The translations under genes were made by a program, and so were the position numbers. Of a stretch of 64,000 nucleotides of DNA, positions 19,810 to 29,288 are shown one piece after another. The notes below the pieces were generated by a model that was given only the letters and a program-made list of their open reading frames with translations, had not been told where the DNA came from and did not search any database. Origin of the DNA: Candidatus Latescibacterota bacterium. GTDB lineage: Bacteria > Latescibacterota > UBA2968. Where the stretch lies: NCBI GenBank assembly GCA_965198115.1, contig OZ240241.1, positions 6,624,001-6,688,000 on the forward strand. The letters run 5' to 3'. Position 1 is the stretch's first letter. Every line of letters starts with the position of its first letter.

Positions 19810-19839
19810 AGAGTATTGATTTTTTTGCGAGCGTGTCAA
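19810..19839 (-). promoter_or_regulatory. Sigma70 promoter
   Basis: TTGACA (19834-19839), 18-bp spacer, TACTCT (19810-19815). Confidence 0.7.
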
Positions 19840-19848
19840 TGTTTGGAA

Positions 19849-19959
19849 CCACTGAGCGCACAGAGTACACAGAAGGATTGCCGTGCCCGTAGGGGCGTAT
19901 GGCGATACGCCCGATGTTCGGGGGCACACCCCTCTCAGGGACCATTGACCACTGACCAA
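19849..19959 (+). repeat. Cluster: 9-mer array, GTAG-type REP hairpin, TGACCAN array
   Basis: CCACTGAGC GCACAGAGT ACACAGAAG (19849-75); GTAG-GGGCGTAT-GGCG-ATACGCCC (19889-912); 3 heptamers (19939-59). Confidence 0.8.
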
Positions 19960-19966
19960 AGGTTGG

Positions 19967-20791
19967 CTACAGCGAGGGTAACCGCTTTTGCGGGAGCTCG
20001 TAGTGTTTGGTTTCGCCCGTGACGGGGCAGGTGAAGGAGAGGGAGGATGCGGTGAGCTGGAGGTTTCGGCTGTTGTCGGAGCCGTATTGACGGTCACCCA
20101 CGACGGGGTAGCCTAGTTCGGCGAGGTGACGTCGAATCTGGTGTTTGCGTCCGGTCTCGATTCGGACATCGAGAAGGGTGAGTGAATTCTGCGCGTCGAA
20201 GACGGTGACGAGGCTGCGTGCCTCGCGTCCGTCAATGGGCGAATCGATCTCGATCGGGTTCGAGCTGGCCATATGACCGGTGACAACGGCACGATAGTGT
20301 TTCTCGATTCTGCGTCCTCGGAAGAGCTCGGACAGTTGGGCGGCTGTTTTCTTGCGATGCGCGACGAGCATCAGACCCGTGGCCGCCATGTCGAGACGAT
20401 GGACGGTGAAGGCCGGGCGCTGTGGTTTCAGGTGACGTTTAGCCCATCGATACAGCGTGCAGTGATCACCCCACTTAGAGCCCTGCGAACGAACACCGAA
20501 CGGCTTGTACCAGACACTGTAGGCGTCTTCATCAGCGATGAGTTCGGGGGGCTCGATGGTGGCATCGAGGACCTGGTCGCTGTAGTAAATGTGGACGGTA
20601 TCGCCGGCCTTCAATGACTTTGTGGCACGACGGAGACGCTGGACGATATCCCCCCGCGTCAGCCACACGGCCCCGCATTGCATCGCGTGTTTGACCCGGT
20701 GACGGGCAAGTCCGGTTGTCCGAGCGAGGTGTTCGACGGGTGAGACGTCGTCGATGGTGATCCGATCGTGGCGCTCGAAGGGTTGATTCAT
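19967..20791 (-). CDS. RluA-family RNA pseudouridine synthase
   Basis: YKPFG, VHRLD..TGL, ETGRKHQIRRHL, GYPVVGDRQY. Confidence 0.94.
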   Translation of the reverse strand: MNQPFERHDRITIDDVSPVEHLARTTGLARHRVKHAMQCGAVWLTRGDIVQRLRRATKSLKAGDTVHIYYSDQVLDATIEPPELIADEDAYSVWYKPFGVRSQGSKWGDHCTLYRWAKRHLKPQRPAFTVHRLDMAATGLMLVAHRKKTAAQLSELFRGRRIEKHYRAVVTGHMASSNPIEIDSPIDGREARSLVTVFDAQNSLTLLDVRIETGRKHQIRRHLAELGYPVVGDRQYGSDNSRNLQLTASSLSFTCPVTGETKHYELPQKRLPSL

Positions 20792-20809
20792 TGGCTGCCG
20801 GTCGTGTCG

Positions 20810-21707
20810 CTATCCGGTGGGCTCGTACCAGTCCAATTGTACTAGGGTGTAGCCTGACTTTCGACCCGTTCGTTGAAGGATGTTGGTGTTGGAGGCGTCA
20901 GCGTAGCCGTCGCCTCTTCTCGTGGCGGGGTCGTTCATGATGATCTGGTTTTCGCGCGTGAGACCCACACCAAGGACGAAGTGATTGTAGGTGAGGTTAG
21001 CATCGCTGCCGTAGTCCACGCGGATCATCGTGGGGAGGTTGTGCTGGATTCTGTCCCTGACGAGAGAAAGGAGTTCGTCGGAAGATCCCGTTTGCCGGTC
21101 GTATCCGAGGGGAGGACCTGTGCCTGGGTCGTAGTCGAGAGCTATGCCCCATTTAACGCTGTCGCCGACGTAGCCATCGTGTCGATCGAGATAGGCGTCA
21201 AGAAGGGCGGGCGTGATGGTACGACCGTAGAAACGCAGGGTCATCGCGATGCAGGTGATGGCGCATCCTTGCCGAGCGATGGATGAGGACCGACCCAGGA
21301 TCCGGTCCGCCCAGTGCGGATCGCCCTGACTGAAGTGAGGTACGCGCGGGGTGATGAAGTGGTTGTCCCCGATGGGATATCGGCCTCTGCCTCGGGCGGA
21401 TTCGTGCGTGTGTAGCCCTTGGTGAGCCACTTGAGCAGGGTGCCCTTCGTCACCGGGCAATGATGCCGTCATATGGTTTGGACAGACCCGCCGCCGCCTG
21501 AAAAGACTCCACGGCGTCCTTCGTCGCCCGGCCGAATACACCGTCAGGGTTGCCGGCTTCATCAAAACCCAGAGTCCTCAGATCCTCCTGAAGCTCGGTG
21601 ACGAATCCGTCGGGGACATTTTGCGTCAGACGAACGTAACGTGCATCGCCATCGTCGTCGATGCTTCCGCGGGTCAGGTCAATGGGGCTTCTGAGATAGT
21701 CGCGCAT
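20810..21707 (-). CDS. Peptidoglycan-binding domain + C39-like cysteine peptidase (two frameshifts)
   Basis: VTELQEDLRTLGF..DGVFGRATKDAVESFQ; FSQGDPHW..QGCAITC..NHFVL..IMNDP; frames join at GGG 21455-57 and CCCC 21367-70. Confidence 0.75.
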
Positions 21708-21809
21708 AGGTGTCCAGTCCGTTGCGTGATTGGTTCGTGAGTTACCGCTCTTCGGAATCGGTTTTCGCGATCCGGAAAGATCGCTGACAGCGATTGTGAA
21801 GTCTCGTTC

Positions 21810-22739
21810 TCAATCCTCCAGCAGTTCGGCGATGCCCAGTCCTTTTTCTCCAGCGACGGAATAGACCAGGAAGCGTCGATCGTTCTCGACATAGATGTAG
21901 GGATCGCGAACCTGGTGGACAGGTTCGTGCGATGCTCCACCGCTGGAGGGAACGAGAGGTTCTACCAGGCCCTCGTAGCCTGTTTCGGTGTGCAGGATTT
22001 CGACGGGGGCTGAACCAAGCCATTCGGTCCAATCGGATCTAAGGTCCACGGTGGTCCGCTTGATTCGTTCCGGTTCGTCTCGGACGTTGCTGTAGTAAAT
22101 GTCGAGTTCGTCGCCGCGGAGATGAAAGGCGGGATGGCGCATCCTGTAGACGACCTCCGAGTCCTTGGTTGTAAAGGCTTCACCCTCGATGTGGAGTTCG
22201 GGTCCACGCTCGAAGAGCACGCGATCATTGGTCGTTCGCCAGAGATCGCGCTCGCCACCGCCGCCGAACCCGTAAGTATACCCGCCATATTGAACGAGGC
22301 GCATATAGGATGGCCCGAGGCAAACGTGATCGGTTTCGAAGTTCAGTCCGTCCTTCGATTCGGCGTAGCACGTGCTTTGCCCGAGGTAGTCGGGCTTCTC
22401 GCCCGTGAAACCGGCGCCGTGGTACCACATCCGAACAATGCGTTTGTCGTGGTCTAGATGGATATCCGGCGACGCGATGTGTTTCGGAAACAGCGTGTCA
22501 CCTATGTCGAGAATACCCGCTGAGTAGACTGTGTATGGACCCAAGAGGTCGTCGGCGTAGGCGAGCCGGATAAACTGGCCCTGATGGTGTGCGAAGTAGA
22601 GGTAATAACGGCCGAGCGGGTTCTCGATCCAATCCGGGACCAAGATCAGGGACGGGCCGTTGATGTTGCCACCGATCCGATCGTCCGATCCGGGATGGAC
22701 AATGGGGTTGTGAGGGCTTCGTTTGACGGTGATGGGCAC
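21810..22739 (-). CDS. Beta-propeller glycoside-hydrolase-like hypothetical protein
   Basis: NINGPSLI, YYLYFAHH, HIASPD, SKDGLNF, VRDPYIY. Confidence 0.75.
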   Translation of the reverse strand: MPITVKRSPHNPIVHPGSDDRIGGNINGPSLILVPDWIENPLGRYYLYFAHHQGQFIRLAYADDLLGPYTVYSAGILDIGDTLFPKHIASPDIHLDHDKRIVRMWYHGAGFTGEKPDYLGQSTCYAESKDGLNFETDHVCLGPSYMRLVQYGGYTYGFGGGGERDLWRTTNDRVLFERGPELHIEGEAFTTKDSEVVYRMRHPAFHLRGDELDIYYSNVRDEPERIKRTTVDLRSDWTEWLGSAPVEILHTETGYEGLVEPLVPSSGGASHEPVHQVRDPYIYVENDRRFLVYSVAGEKGLGIAELLED

Positions 22740-22769
22740 AGGGTCAGGCCACGTTGTGTGGATGGAAGC

Positions 22770-23849
22770 TCACGCTTCTTCGACCATAGCCGATTCGATG
22801 AATCGGGGGGCCGTGTCGTCGGTCGCATCGGATTTCCGGTTGATGTAATAGACGACGAGTGCGCGGCCGTCGGGTAGCGTTGTGGCGTGTGGATAGCCGA
22901 CGTCTCGTGCGGCGCCGTCGTCACGCACGACGAGCTCTCCGTCGCCGAGGGGATCGCCTTCGGGTGATAGATAACGTGCACGAACGCCCCAGGCGTCGTC
23001 CATCCGGTATCCGTAGGCGAGGCAGAGATTACCGGAGCCGAAAGCTGTCACGCACGCGGGATAGCCCTTGAACAGACACTCAGGCTCGGACCAGGATCGC
23101 CCTCGGTCGTGCGATTTCGCGACGTGTAGACGGGTCCACTGCGCTTCCTCATTGCCCTCGCTCGCCCTCCGCATATACGCGAGGAGCGTTCCCGATGGCG
23201 TCTCGTGGAGATAGGTTTCGTTGTAGCCGTTCGCGATGAGGCTGACGTAGGACCACGTGACGCCGCTGTCGTCTGACAAGAAGAGATAGGAGTCGTCGGG
23301 CTGCGCCGTGTAGGCAGAGACGACAAGGCATCCGTCTGCAAGTTCGAGGATGTTTCCGCGTACCCCAACAGCAATGGCGAGACGTGGATGGAGCGGCGTG
23401 ACGTCGGGTACGCCATCCAGAAAGACGGCATCGCTCCAGGTTAGGCCACCGTCGGTCGAGCGATGAACAAACGTGCCGGCGTGGATTCCCGGCCAGGGTG
23501 ACATTTTGACGCGAGGGGCCTGTGGTATACTCGACGCGATCTCAGCGCTGACGAGTTCACTCTTGTGGGTATGGTAGACGAGTGTGCCATCCCGTAGGCG
23601 TGTCAGACACGGACACTGATGACCGGCGAAAATGACACGTGGCTGCGACCAGCTGGCGCCACCGTCTTTGGAGTGCGTGAGACAGGTCTCGGTCGATGGA
23701 TGCCAGTGTCCGAACAGACCTTCCTCGAGCCACGATCGTACGCGTCGAAAGACCACGGTGAGTTCGCCACCGTCGCACACGATGGAAGGCCCGGGACCAC
23801 AGTAAAAGGCGGGGTCTTTGTAAATGGTTTGGTATTGAACGACGCGCAT
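22770..23849 (-). CDS. Sialidase/BNR (Asp-box) family protein
   Basis: SKDGGASW, STDGGLTW, SDDSGVTW, SHDRGRSW Asp boxes; DVGYP. Confidence 0.87.
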   Translation of the reverse strand: MRVVQYQTIYKDPAFYCGPGPSIVCDGGELTVVFRRVRSWLEEGLFGHWHPSTETCLTHSKDGGASWSQPRVIFAGHQCPCLTRLRDGTLVYHTHKSELVSAEIASSIPQAPRVKMSPWPGIHAGTFVHRSTDGGLTWSDAVFLDGVPDVTPLHPRLAIAVGVRGNILELADGCLVVSAYTAQPDDSYLFLSDDSGVTWSYVSLIANGYNETYLHETPSGTLLAYMRRASEGNEEAQWTRLHVAKSHDRGRSWSEPECLFKGYPACVTAFGSGNLCLAYGYRMDDAWGVRARYLSPEGDPLGDGELVVRDDGAARDVGYPHATTLPDGRALVVYYINRKSDATDDTAPRFIESAMVEEA

Positions 23850-23971
23850 AATCAACTAAATTGGGGACCGGCATCCGCCCCAAGATCACGCTACATCGGA
23901 CGTTGCGCAATCGCGGATCGAGCGGTTCCGCGAGATCGGTTCGGCCGGGTCGAATCAGACGGGAGAAGTAA

Positions 23972-24976
23972 ATGGCAGATATGAATCGGAGAATTACGCT
24001 GGCGGCTCGTCCGAAGGGATTCCCCAAGGAGAGCGACTTCAAACTCGAGGAAGTGCCCGTCCCGAAACCTGGGCGCGATGAATTTCTGGTCAAGAGCTTG
24101 TTTCTCTCCGTGGATCCCTATATGCGAGGACGGATGAATGCCGGTGCCACGTACGCTAAGGGTGTGGATCTGGGCGAACCGATGGTGGGAGGCGGAGTTG
24201 GCCAAGTGATCGAGTCGAACCATTCGGATTTCTCGATTGGCGACATCGTGAACGAAAGTTTTGGTTGGCAGACCCACGCAGTGTCGAATGGCACGGCGGC
24301 GCGGAAGGTCGATCCAGAACTGGCGCCCATCTCGACGGCACTCGGGGTCCTTGGAATGCCGGGGTTGACCGCTTATTTCGGTCTGCTCGACGTTTCTCCC
24401 CCCGTTGCGGGTGAGACCGTGGTCGTTTCGGCTGCTTCGGGCGCCGTGGGGTCGGTGGTCGGTCAAATCGCGAAGATCAAGGGCTGCCGGGTGATCGGGA
24501 TCGCGGGAACCGATGAGAAGATCGGCTACATCGTCGATGGGCTTGGATTCGACGGCGGATTCAACTACAAGAAGACGGACGACTACGGTGACGCCATCGA
24601 ACGGCTCTGTCCCGACGGGATCGACGTCTATTTCGACAACGTAGGTGGCCCGATTACCGATGCGATTTTTCCGCGGCTGAATCAGAACGCGCGCATCACG
24701 ATTTGCGGTCAGATCGATCAGTACAATGCGACGGAACCGCCCGTGGGCCCACGTCTGCTGTGGCATTGTATCGTTAAGCGACTGCAGATTCGTGGGATGC
24801 TCGTGTTCGATTTCGTGGATCAGCATCCCGAAGCGCTCGCACAGCTGGGCCAATGGGTGCGGTCGGGACAGATCAGGTATCGCGAGGATGTGGTGGAAGG
24901 AATCGAGAATATGCCGGAGGCGTTTATGGGGCTCTTACGCGGCGATCACATCGGAAAACGGATTGTGAAAATCTGA
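23972..24976 (+). CDS. NADP-dependent oxidoreductase (CurA/PTGR family)
   Basis: LSVDPYMRGRM, LGMPGLTAYFGL, AASGAVGS, YFDNVGG. Confidence 0.94.
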   Translation: MADMNRRITLAARPKGFPKESDFKLEEVPVPKPGRDEFLVKSLFLSVDPYMRGRMNAGATYAKGVDLGEPMVGGGVGQVIESNHSDFSIGDIVNESFGWQTHAVSNGTAARKVDPELAPISTALGVLGMPGLTAYFGLLDVSPPVAGETVVVSAASGAVGSVVGQIAKIKGCRVIGIAGTDEKIGYIVDGLGFDGGFNYKKTDDYGDAIERLCPDGIDVYFDNVGGPITDAIFPRLNQNARITICGQIDQYNATEPPVGPRLLWHCIVKRLQIRGMLVFDFVDQHPEALAQLGQWVRSGQIRYREDVVEGIENMPEAFMGLLRGDHIGKRIVKI

Positions 24977-25199
24977 GTGGGCGAGCAGGCGACACAGCGA
25001 GAAGGCGTGGCCATCCGGTTGGCAGTGGACGGTTACGATAGAAGAACGACAGGCGCCCATTGTGTAGGACCGACCATCCGGGTCGGGAATGACCTGTCGG
25101 GCGTAGCTTGGGCGTCAGGAGGTTGGGGCGCCGCCCACTGAGGCGAGCAGGCGTGGTCATCGTTTAGACAGTGGGCGGTTGACGAGAACGGGGAACTCG

Positions 25200-25559
25200 A
25201 TGATCGAAACGGTTGATGAGTGGATTGCGGCAAGCCGACAGAAGGTGAAGGGTGGCGGGCTCGTCGCGGAGGATCTGGATCGGCTGGCCTCGCTGCTCGA
25301 GTCTCCGCGCCAGCAAGTGCTGTATCTCTACTCGAAGTCGACGAATATGCGATCGCCTCTTGCGAGTTGGGCTCTCTACGATCCGACGGAACCCCACGAG
25401 CCGACGCTCCCCGAGGATGAGTCGCCCTATGGTTCCGTCCTCGACGCCGTTGCCGATGGGTGGCGGATCGTTCAGTTCCCTGTTACGAAACTCTATTCGT
25501 ATGACAACGTGGACAACGACTACCTGGGCTACGAGTTCATTCTCGAGAAGCTCGTGTAG
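25200..25559 (+). CDS. Conserved hypothetical protein (119 aa)
   Basis: RBS-preceded ORF, globular composition (RQQVLYL..PYGSVLDAVADGWRIVQFP..EFILEK), 8 nt upstream of a PhyH gene. Confidence 0.75.
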   Translation: MIETVDEWIAASRQKVKGGGLVAEDLDRLASLLESPRQQVLYLYSKSTNMRSPLASWALYDPTEPHEPTLPEDESPYGSVLDAVADGWRIVQFPVTKLYSYDNVDNDYLGYEFILEKLV

Positions 25560-25567
25560 GAGACGAC

Positions 25568-26389
25568 TTGGCGGATATTCGACCGACGATGACCGATGAC
25601 GAGGTGATGGATTTCGTGGCGCTCGGGTATGTTCTGCTCGAGGGTGCCATCGATGATGATTTCAACCAGAAGTGCCTTGACCTTCCGGGGGGAAACGCGG
25701 ATCCATTCATCGTCTCTGAGGCCTTTACGCAAAACGTCCTTTTGCATCCAAGCGTTGCTGGTGTGGTCAGATCGCTTCTGGGGAAGGATTTCCTCGTACC
25801 GGGAGGCGGCCACCATCACGTATTCGAGGAACCGTTTGTGGGCCAGACGTGGCACTCGGACGGGCTGTCGGGAACGGGATACGACGTGACCGAACTCCAG
25901 TGCTATTACTATCCGAAGGCTGTCGCCATCGAGGACGGTCCTACGATGATTCTGCCTGGTTCGCACTGTCGCGCCGTGGATCGGGAAGCGATTGCGCACT
26001 ATGGCGACGTTCTCGGTCAGGTCAGTCTGACCGTCCCAGCGGGGACGATTGGCCTGACTCGGTATGGTATCTGGCACAAAGCGGGGCCAAAGACCACAGA
26101 CACGCGGCGAGGGATGATCAAATTCAGTTATCATCGGACGACATCGCCCGAACGGGATTGGGTGACAGACACAGAAGGCATTCCGGAATACGTCGATCGC
26201 CCGCGATTGCCGTATGTGACGGAGGTCGAATCATATCGTGATCGGGTTCGCAGGATTCGGACGTGGCGGTGGCTGTGTGGGCTGGAGCCCGAGTGCTCGA
26301 CTCGGCGGATGAGGCCCAGGACCTTGGCCGAAGCGACCAGTGACCCGCCTTCGCTGGAGGCTACGGCGGGCAGGCCAAATGACCGGTGA
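25568..26389 (+). CDS. PhyH-family dioxygenase
   Basis: FVALGY, WHSD, ILPGSH, IWHK, RRG. Confidence 0.87.
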   Translation: MADIRPTMTDDEVMDFVALGYVLLEGAIDDDFNQKCLDLPGGNADPFIVSEAFTQNVLLHPSVAGVVRSLLGKDFLVPGGGHHHVFEEPFVGQTWHSDGLSGTGYDVTELQCYYYPKAVAIEDGPTMILPGSHCRAVDREAIAHYGDVLGQVSLTVPAGTIGLTRYGIWHKAGPKTTDTRRGMIKFSYHRTTSPERDWVTDTEGIPEYVDRPRLPYVTEVESYRDRVRRIRTWRWLCGLEPECSTRRMRPRTLAEATSDPPSLEATAGRPNDR

Positions 26390-27171
26390 CCAACGTGGGC
26401 AATGACGTGACGATCACGGACACGCAGACGGATCACTTCCACCGACACGGGTTTATGCTGATGCCGAATCCGTTCGGTGAGGATACGATGCTGGAGGTCG
26501 ATCGGGTCCAGCGGTCGAACGCCGCGAAATGGGAGGCGACGGATTGGCCGAAGGGGATGAATATCGGGGCGTGCCAGTTCCTGATGGCGGGGGAGACGGT
26601 GCTTTCGCTCGTCGAGCAGCCGGCCATCGTCTATCTCGCGGGGAGCCTGCTCGGGACGGATGAGATTCACGTTGGGGCGTGCGGGATGGGGGACGCGTCG
26701 AAGACGGTTGCGTCGGATGGACGTCCGCTGCATCAGGTTCACTGGCACGCCGACGGAGGCCCCGATGTTCAACAGGTCTCGTTCCGGACGGCGCTCGATC
26801 GACACGACACGTCGAACGGCCCACTTCGCGTGCTTCCGGGCACACACGTGCGGGAACGAGACGAGGTCATCGAGGAGTTGCGACAGCTCGAGATCGCGAC
26901 AGGTCAGCACGATGAGCCGCCCGAGTTGTGCTTCGCCCGCCATCCCAGCGAGGTCGAGGTCGTGTTGGATCCGAGGTGGACGCTCGTCTGGACGCCCAGC
27001 TGCTGGCACGCGACGGGCGTCAAGACGGGTGCAGGACCACGACGCGCGATGGCGTGGAACTACTTTCCTGCTGGCGGTCGAAAGCGGGACCAGGAAGCGC
27101 TCAAGTATATCTACGCCGATGTTTGGGAAGGATGGTCGGAGGAGCGGAAGGCGTTGTGGGGGCTGGAGTGA
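26386..27171 (+). CDS. PhyH-family dioxygenase
   Basis: FHRHGF, WHAD, VLPGTH, CWHA, PRR; GTGA overlap with upstream gene. Confidence 0.87.
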   Translation: MTNVGNDVTITDTQTDHFHRHGFMLMPNPFGEDTMLEVDRVQRSNAAKWEATDWPKGMNIGACQFLMAGETVLSLVEQPAIVYLAGSLLGTDEIHVGACGMGDASKTVASDGRPLHQVHWHADGGPDVQQVSFRTALDRHDTSNGPLRVLPGTHVRERDEVIEELRQLEIATGQHDEPPELCFARHPSEVEVVLDPRWTLVWTPSCWHATGVKTGAGPRRAMAWNYFPAGGRKRDQEALKYIYADVWEGWSEERKALWGLE

Positions 27172-27181
27172 TGGGAACGAT

Positions 27182-27216
27182 TGACCATTGACCCGTGACC
27201 ATTGACCGCTGACCAA
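27182..27216 (+). repeat. TGACCAN heptamer tandem array (5 units)
   Basis: TGACCAT TGACCCG TGACCAT TGACCGC TGACCAA. Confidence 0.85.
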
Positions 27217-27223
27217 AGTTGCG

Positions 27224-27255
27224 ACGGCCGTGCGTGACGTACGGCCGTTTTCTTG
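27224..27255 (+). terminator. Intrinsic terminator
   Basis: ACGGCCGTGCG-TGA-CGTACGGCCGT then TTTCTT. Confidence 0.7.
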
Positions 27256-27278
27256 TTCATCGTGTCACTGACCTTCGA

Positions 27279-28121
27279 CTACGGTACTCCCCACGCGATC
27301 TTGCCCAGCTTCCTCTCGCGCTCAGCGTGATAGCGTTCGTGAATGTCGAATTCGCGGTCGAGCCAGAGCACGTCACGCTGTTCTTCCGTTAGGGCGTCGA
27401 TGAGTTCGGGGGTCAGGTAATCGCGAAACGTGAATCGGTGGTTGTCCTCGCCGGGATGGCGGAACAACCAGTGATGCATATACCGCCCTTCGTCGCTGTC
27501 GTTGAGATGCGTGGCGTGGAGGAATCGACTGCTCCGCAGGATGAGTTGGTCGGGAGACACCTCAAGCGGGATTTCCTCAGGGAGCGAGACGTCGGTAGGA
27601 CCCTCTCTGTCGAATTTCCCGGAGTGCCCACGTTCTTTCCTTATGGACTCGATTCGGTCCATCCACGGCTGAATCGAACCCTCTTGCGTTCCCGGCACGA
27701 CCCTCAGACATCCGTTATGGACGGTCGCGCCTCCGAAGTAGTGCATAAACTCGATATAGTCCCACTCGCTGTCGCGGTGCCAACCAAAGGACCTGCCGGG
27801 CGCCAGCTCGTTGATGCCTCCATTCCGGAAATAGATGTCGTGCGCATCTTCGAGCTGACGGGCGAGTTCGACGATTTCTGGATGGAGCTCGATCTGCAGG
27901 AAGGGAAGCGAGTGGTCGAGTGCGCACCAATATGAGCCCGGGATCTGTGGAGCCAGGCGGTAGTGATTGCCTTTGGCATCGATTTCTTTTCCCACAGGAT
28001 CCGATAACGTTCGCTCGACGGCGTCGATGCAGGCGACGGTCAGCGATTGGGGGAAGGGGCAGTCGATGACGATGTAGCCATCAGTGCGAAGGGCGCGGAG
28101 TTGGTTTTCGGGTAGCCTCAT
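27279..28121 (-). CDS. PhyH-family dioxygenase
   Basis: LRTDGY, WHRD, VVPGT, FLHA, GRY. Confidence 0.86.
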   Translation of the reverse strand: MRLPENQLRALRTDGYIVIDCPFPQSLTVACIDAVERTLSDPVGKEIDAKGNHYRLAPQIPGSYWCALDHSLPFLQIELHPEIVELARQLEDAHDIYFRNGGINELAPGRSFGWHRDSEWDYIEFMHYFGGATVHNGCLRVVPGTQEGSIQPWMDRIESIRKERGHSGKFDREGPTDVSLPEEIPLEVSPDQLILRSSRFLHATHLNDSDEGRYMHHWLFRHPGEDNHRFTFRDYLTPELIDALTEEQRDVLWLDREFDIHERYHAERERKLGKIAWGVP

Positions 28122-28136
28122 TGAAAGAACCGGGGA

Positions 28137-28226
28137 CCACAGAATACACAGAAGAAAAACAAAACCGAACCACGAAAAACACGAAATACACGAACGGGAT
28201 ACCCCTGAATCGGCCCTATTCGGGGA
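28137..28226 (+). repeat. 9-mer arrays + spacer + GGCCCTATTCGGGGA
   Basis: Units at 28137-54 and 28170-96; motif at 28212-26. Confidence 0.8.
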
Positions 28227-28273
28227 TAGGCATCTTGCCAGACAACTGTCTTCCGGCCTCTGTCTTCTGGTTT

Positions 28274-29044
28274 CTAAACGATCATCTGATGGGCGCGGGT
28301 GAAACAACGGCGTCGAATGACGTGGACGACGAGCATCGAGCCGATGGCGGTCGAAGCGACGAGCATCAGCATCACGACGATCTGGTATTTGATGGCAACG
28401 ACGGGATCGGATCCGGCGAGGATCTGGCCGGTCATCATTCCGGGGATGGAGACTAATCCGACGGTCATCAGCGCGTTGATGGATGGGATCATCCCTGCCT
28501 TGATGGTGTCACGCAGGATGCTGGTCGTCGCTTCCTGATACGTGGCGCCGAGGGACAGGCTGAGTTCGATCCGATCGCGCTGGCTACGCAGCTCAGTAAA
28601 GAACCGGTCGAGGGCGATGGTGATCGCGTTCATCGAGTTTCCGATGATCATTCCACCGAGGGGGATGAAGTACTGAGGTTCGTACCAGGGTTTGACCTGA
28701 ACGATCGTGGACGTGACCAGGATGGAGACGAGTGTAAAACTGGAGACCATCGAGATGTAGGTGGGGATGAAAATCGGGATGACGTCTTCCTTCACACGGC
28801 CGCGTATGGCGTGGGCGGCCCAGAAGACCATAAAAGCGAAAAGGAGCAGTACGAGCCAGGCCTGGCTGATGTCGAAGATGAATTTGAGGACATAACCGAG
28901 GATGGCGAGCTGGGCGAACGTCCGAAAGGTGCCCCAGGCGAGATCGCGTTCCAAGCCGAGTTTGAAAACGACGGAGCCCGTCCCGGCCACGAGGATGAAC
29001 ACCAGGCAGAGCGCGAGCTGTAGGGGGCCTATGTCGAGGACCAT
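28274..29044 (-). CDS. fetB: Iron export ABC transporter permease (YbbM/UPF0014)
   Basis: RTFAQL, PQYFIPLGGMIIGNSM, GLVSIPGMMTGQILAG. Confidence 0.92.
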   Translation of the reverse strand: MVLDIGPLQLALCLVFILVAGTGSVVFKLGLERDLAWGTFRTFAQLAILGYVLKFIFDISQAWLVLLLFAFMVFWAAHAIRGRVKEDVIPIFIPTYISMVSSFTLVSILVTSTIVQVKPWYEPQYFIPLGGMIIGNSMNAITIALDRFFTELRSQRDRIELSLSLGATYQEATTSILRDTIKAGMIPSINALMTVGLVSIPGMMTGQILAGSDPVVAIKYQIVVMLMLVASTAIGSMLVVHVIRRRCFTRAHQMIV

Positions 29045-29062
29045 AGAATCAGGAAACCATTA

Positions 29063-29288
29063 TGAAATTATGAAAATAGGGAATTACGGAATTGATCGCT
29101 TTATCGAACGGAAGACTCGCAGGGTCACTTCGAGCGGAGTCGAGAAGTCCCTTCTCGGAAAAATGGTGACGCGCGAATTCTTGACGTGAGCTTGTCCTTG
29201 CGGAGTCGAAGGTTCTGGATAGACACCATCGAGAGGTCCCATTTCGTCAGTAGACGATGGGCGGGTTCTCGACTCCGATCGAACTGAC
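29063..29288 (+). repeat. Octamer array plus BIME/MITE-like inverted repeat pair
   Basis: 4 octamers at 29063-94; GTCACTTCGAGCGGAGTCGAGAA (29124-46) is inverted to 29266-88 (21/23 match). Confidence 0.8.

Noticed and set aside
17373-19945. N-terminal extensions in the ORF track (e.g. MCSVYSVYSVV at 17426, MVPERG.. at 19945; also 1501, 4971, 28307, 35941, 52656)
   Set aside because: Translations of intergenic repeats or leader; downstream starts with RBS or family-typical N-termini fit better
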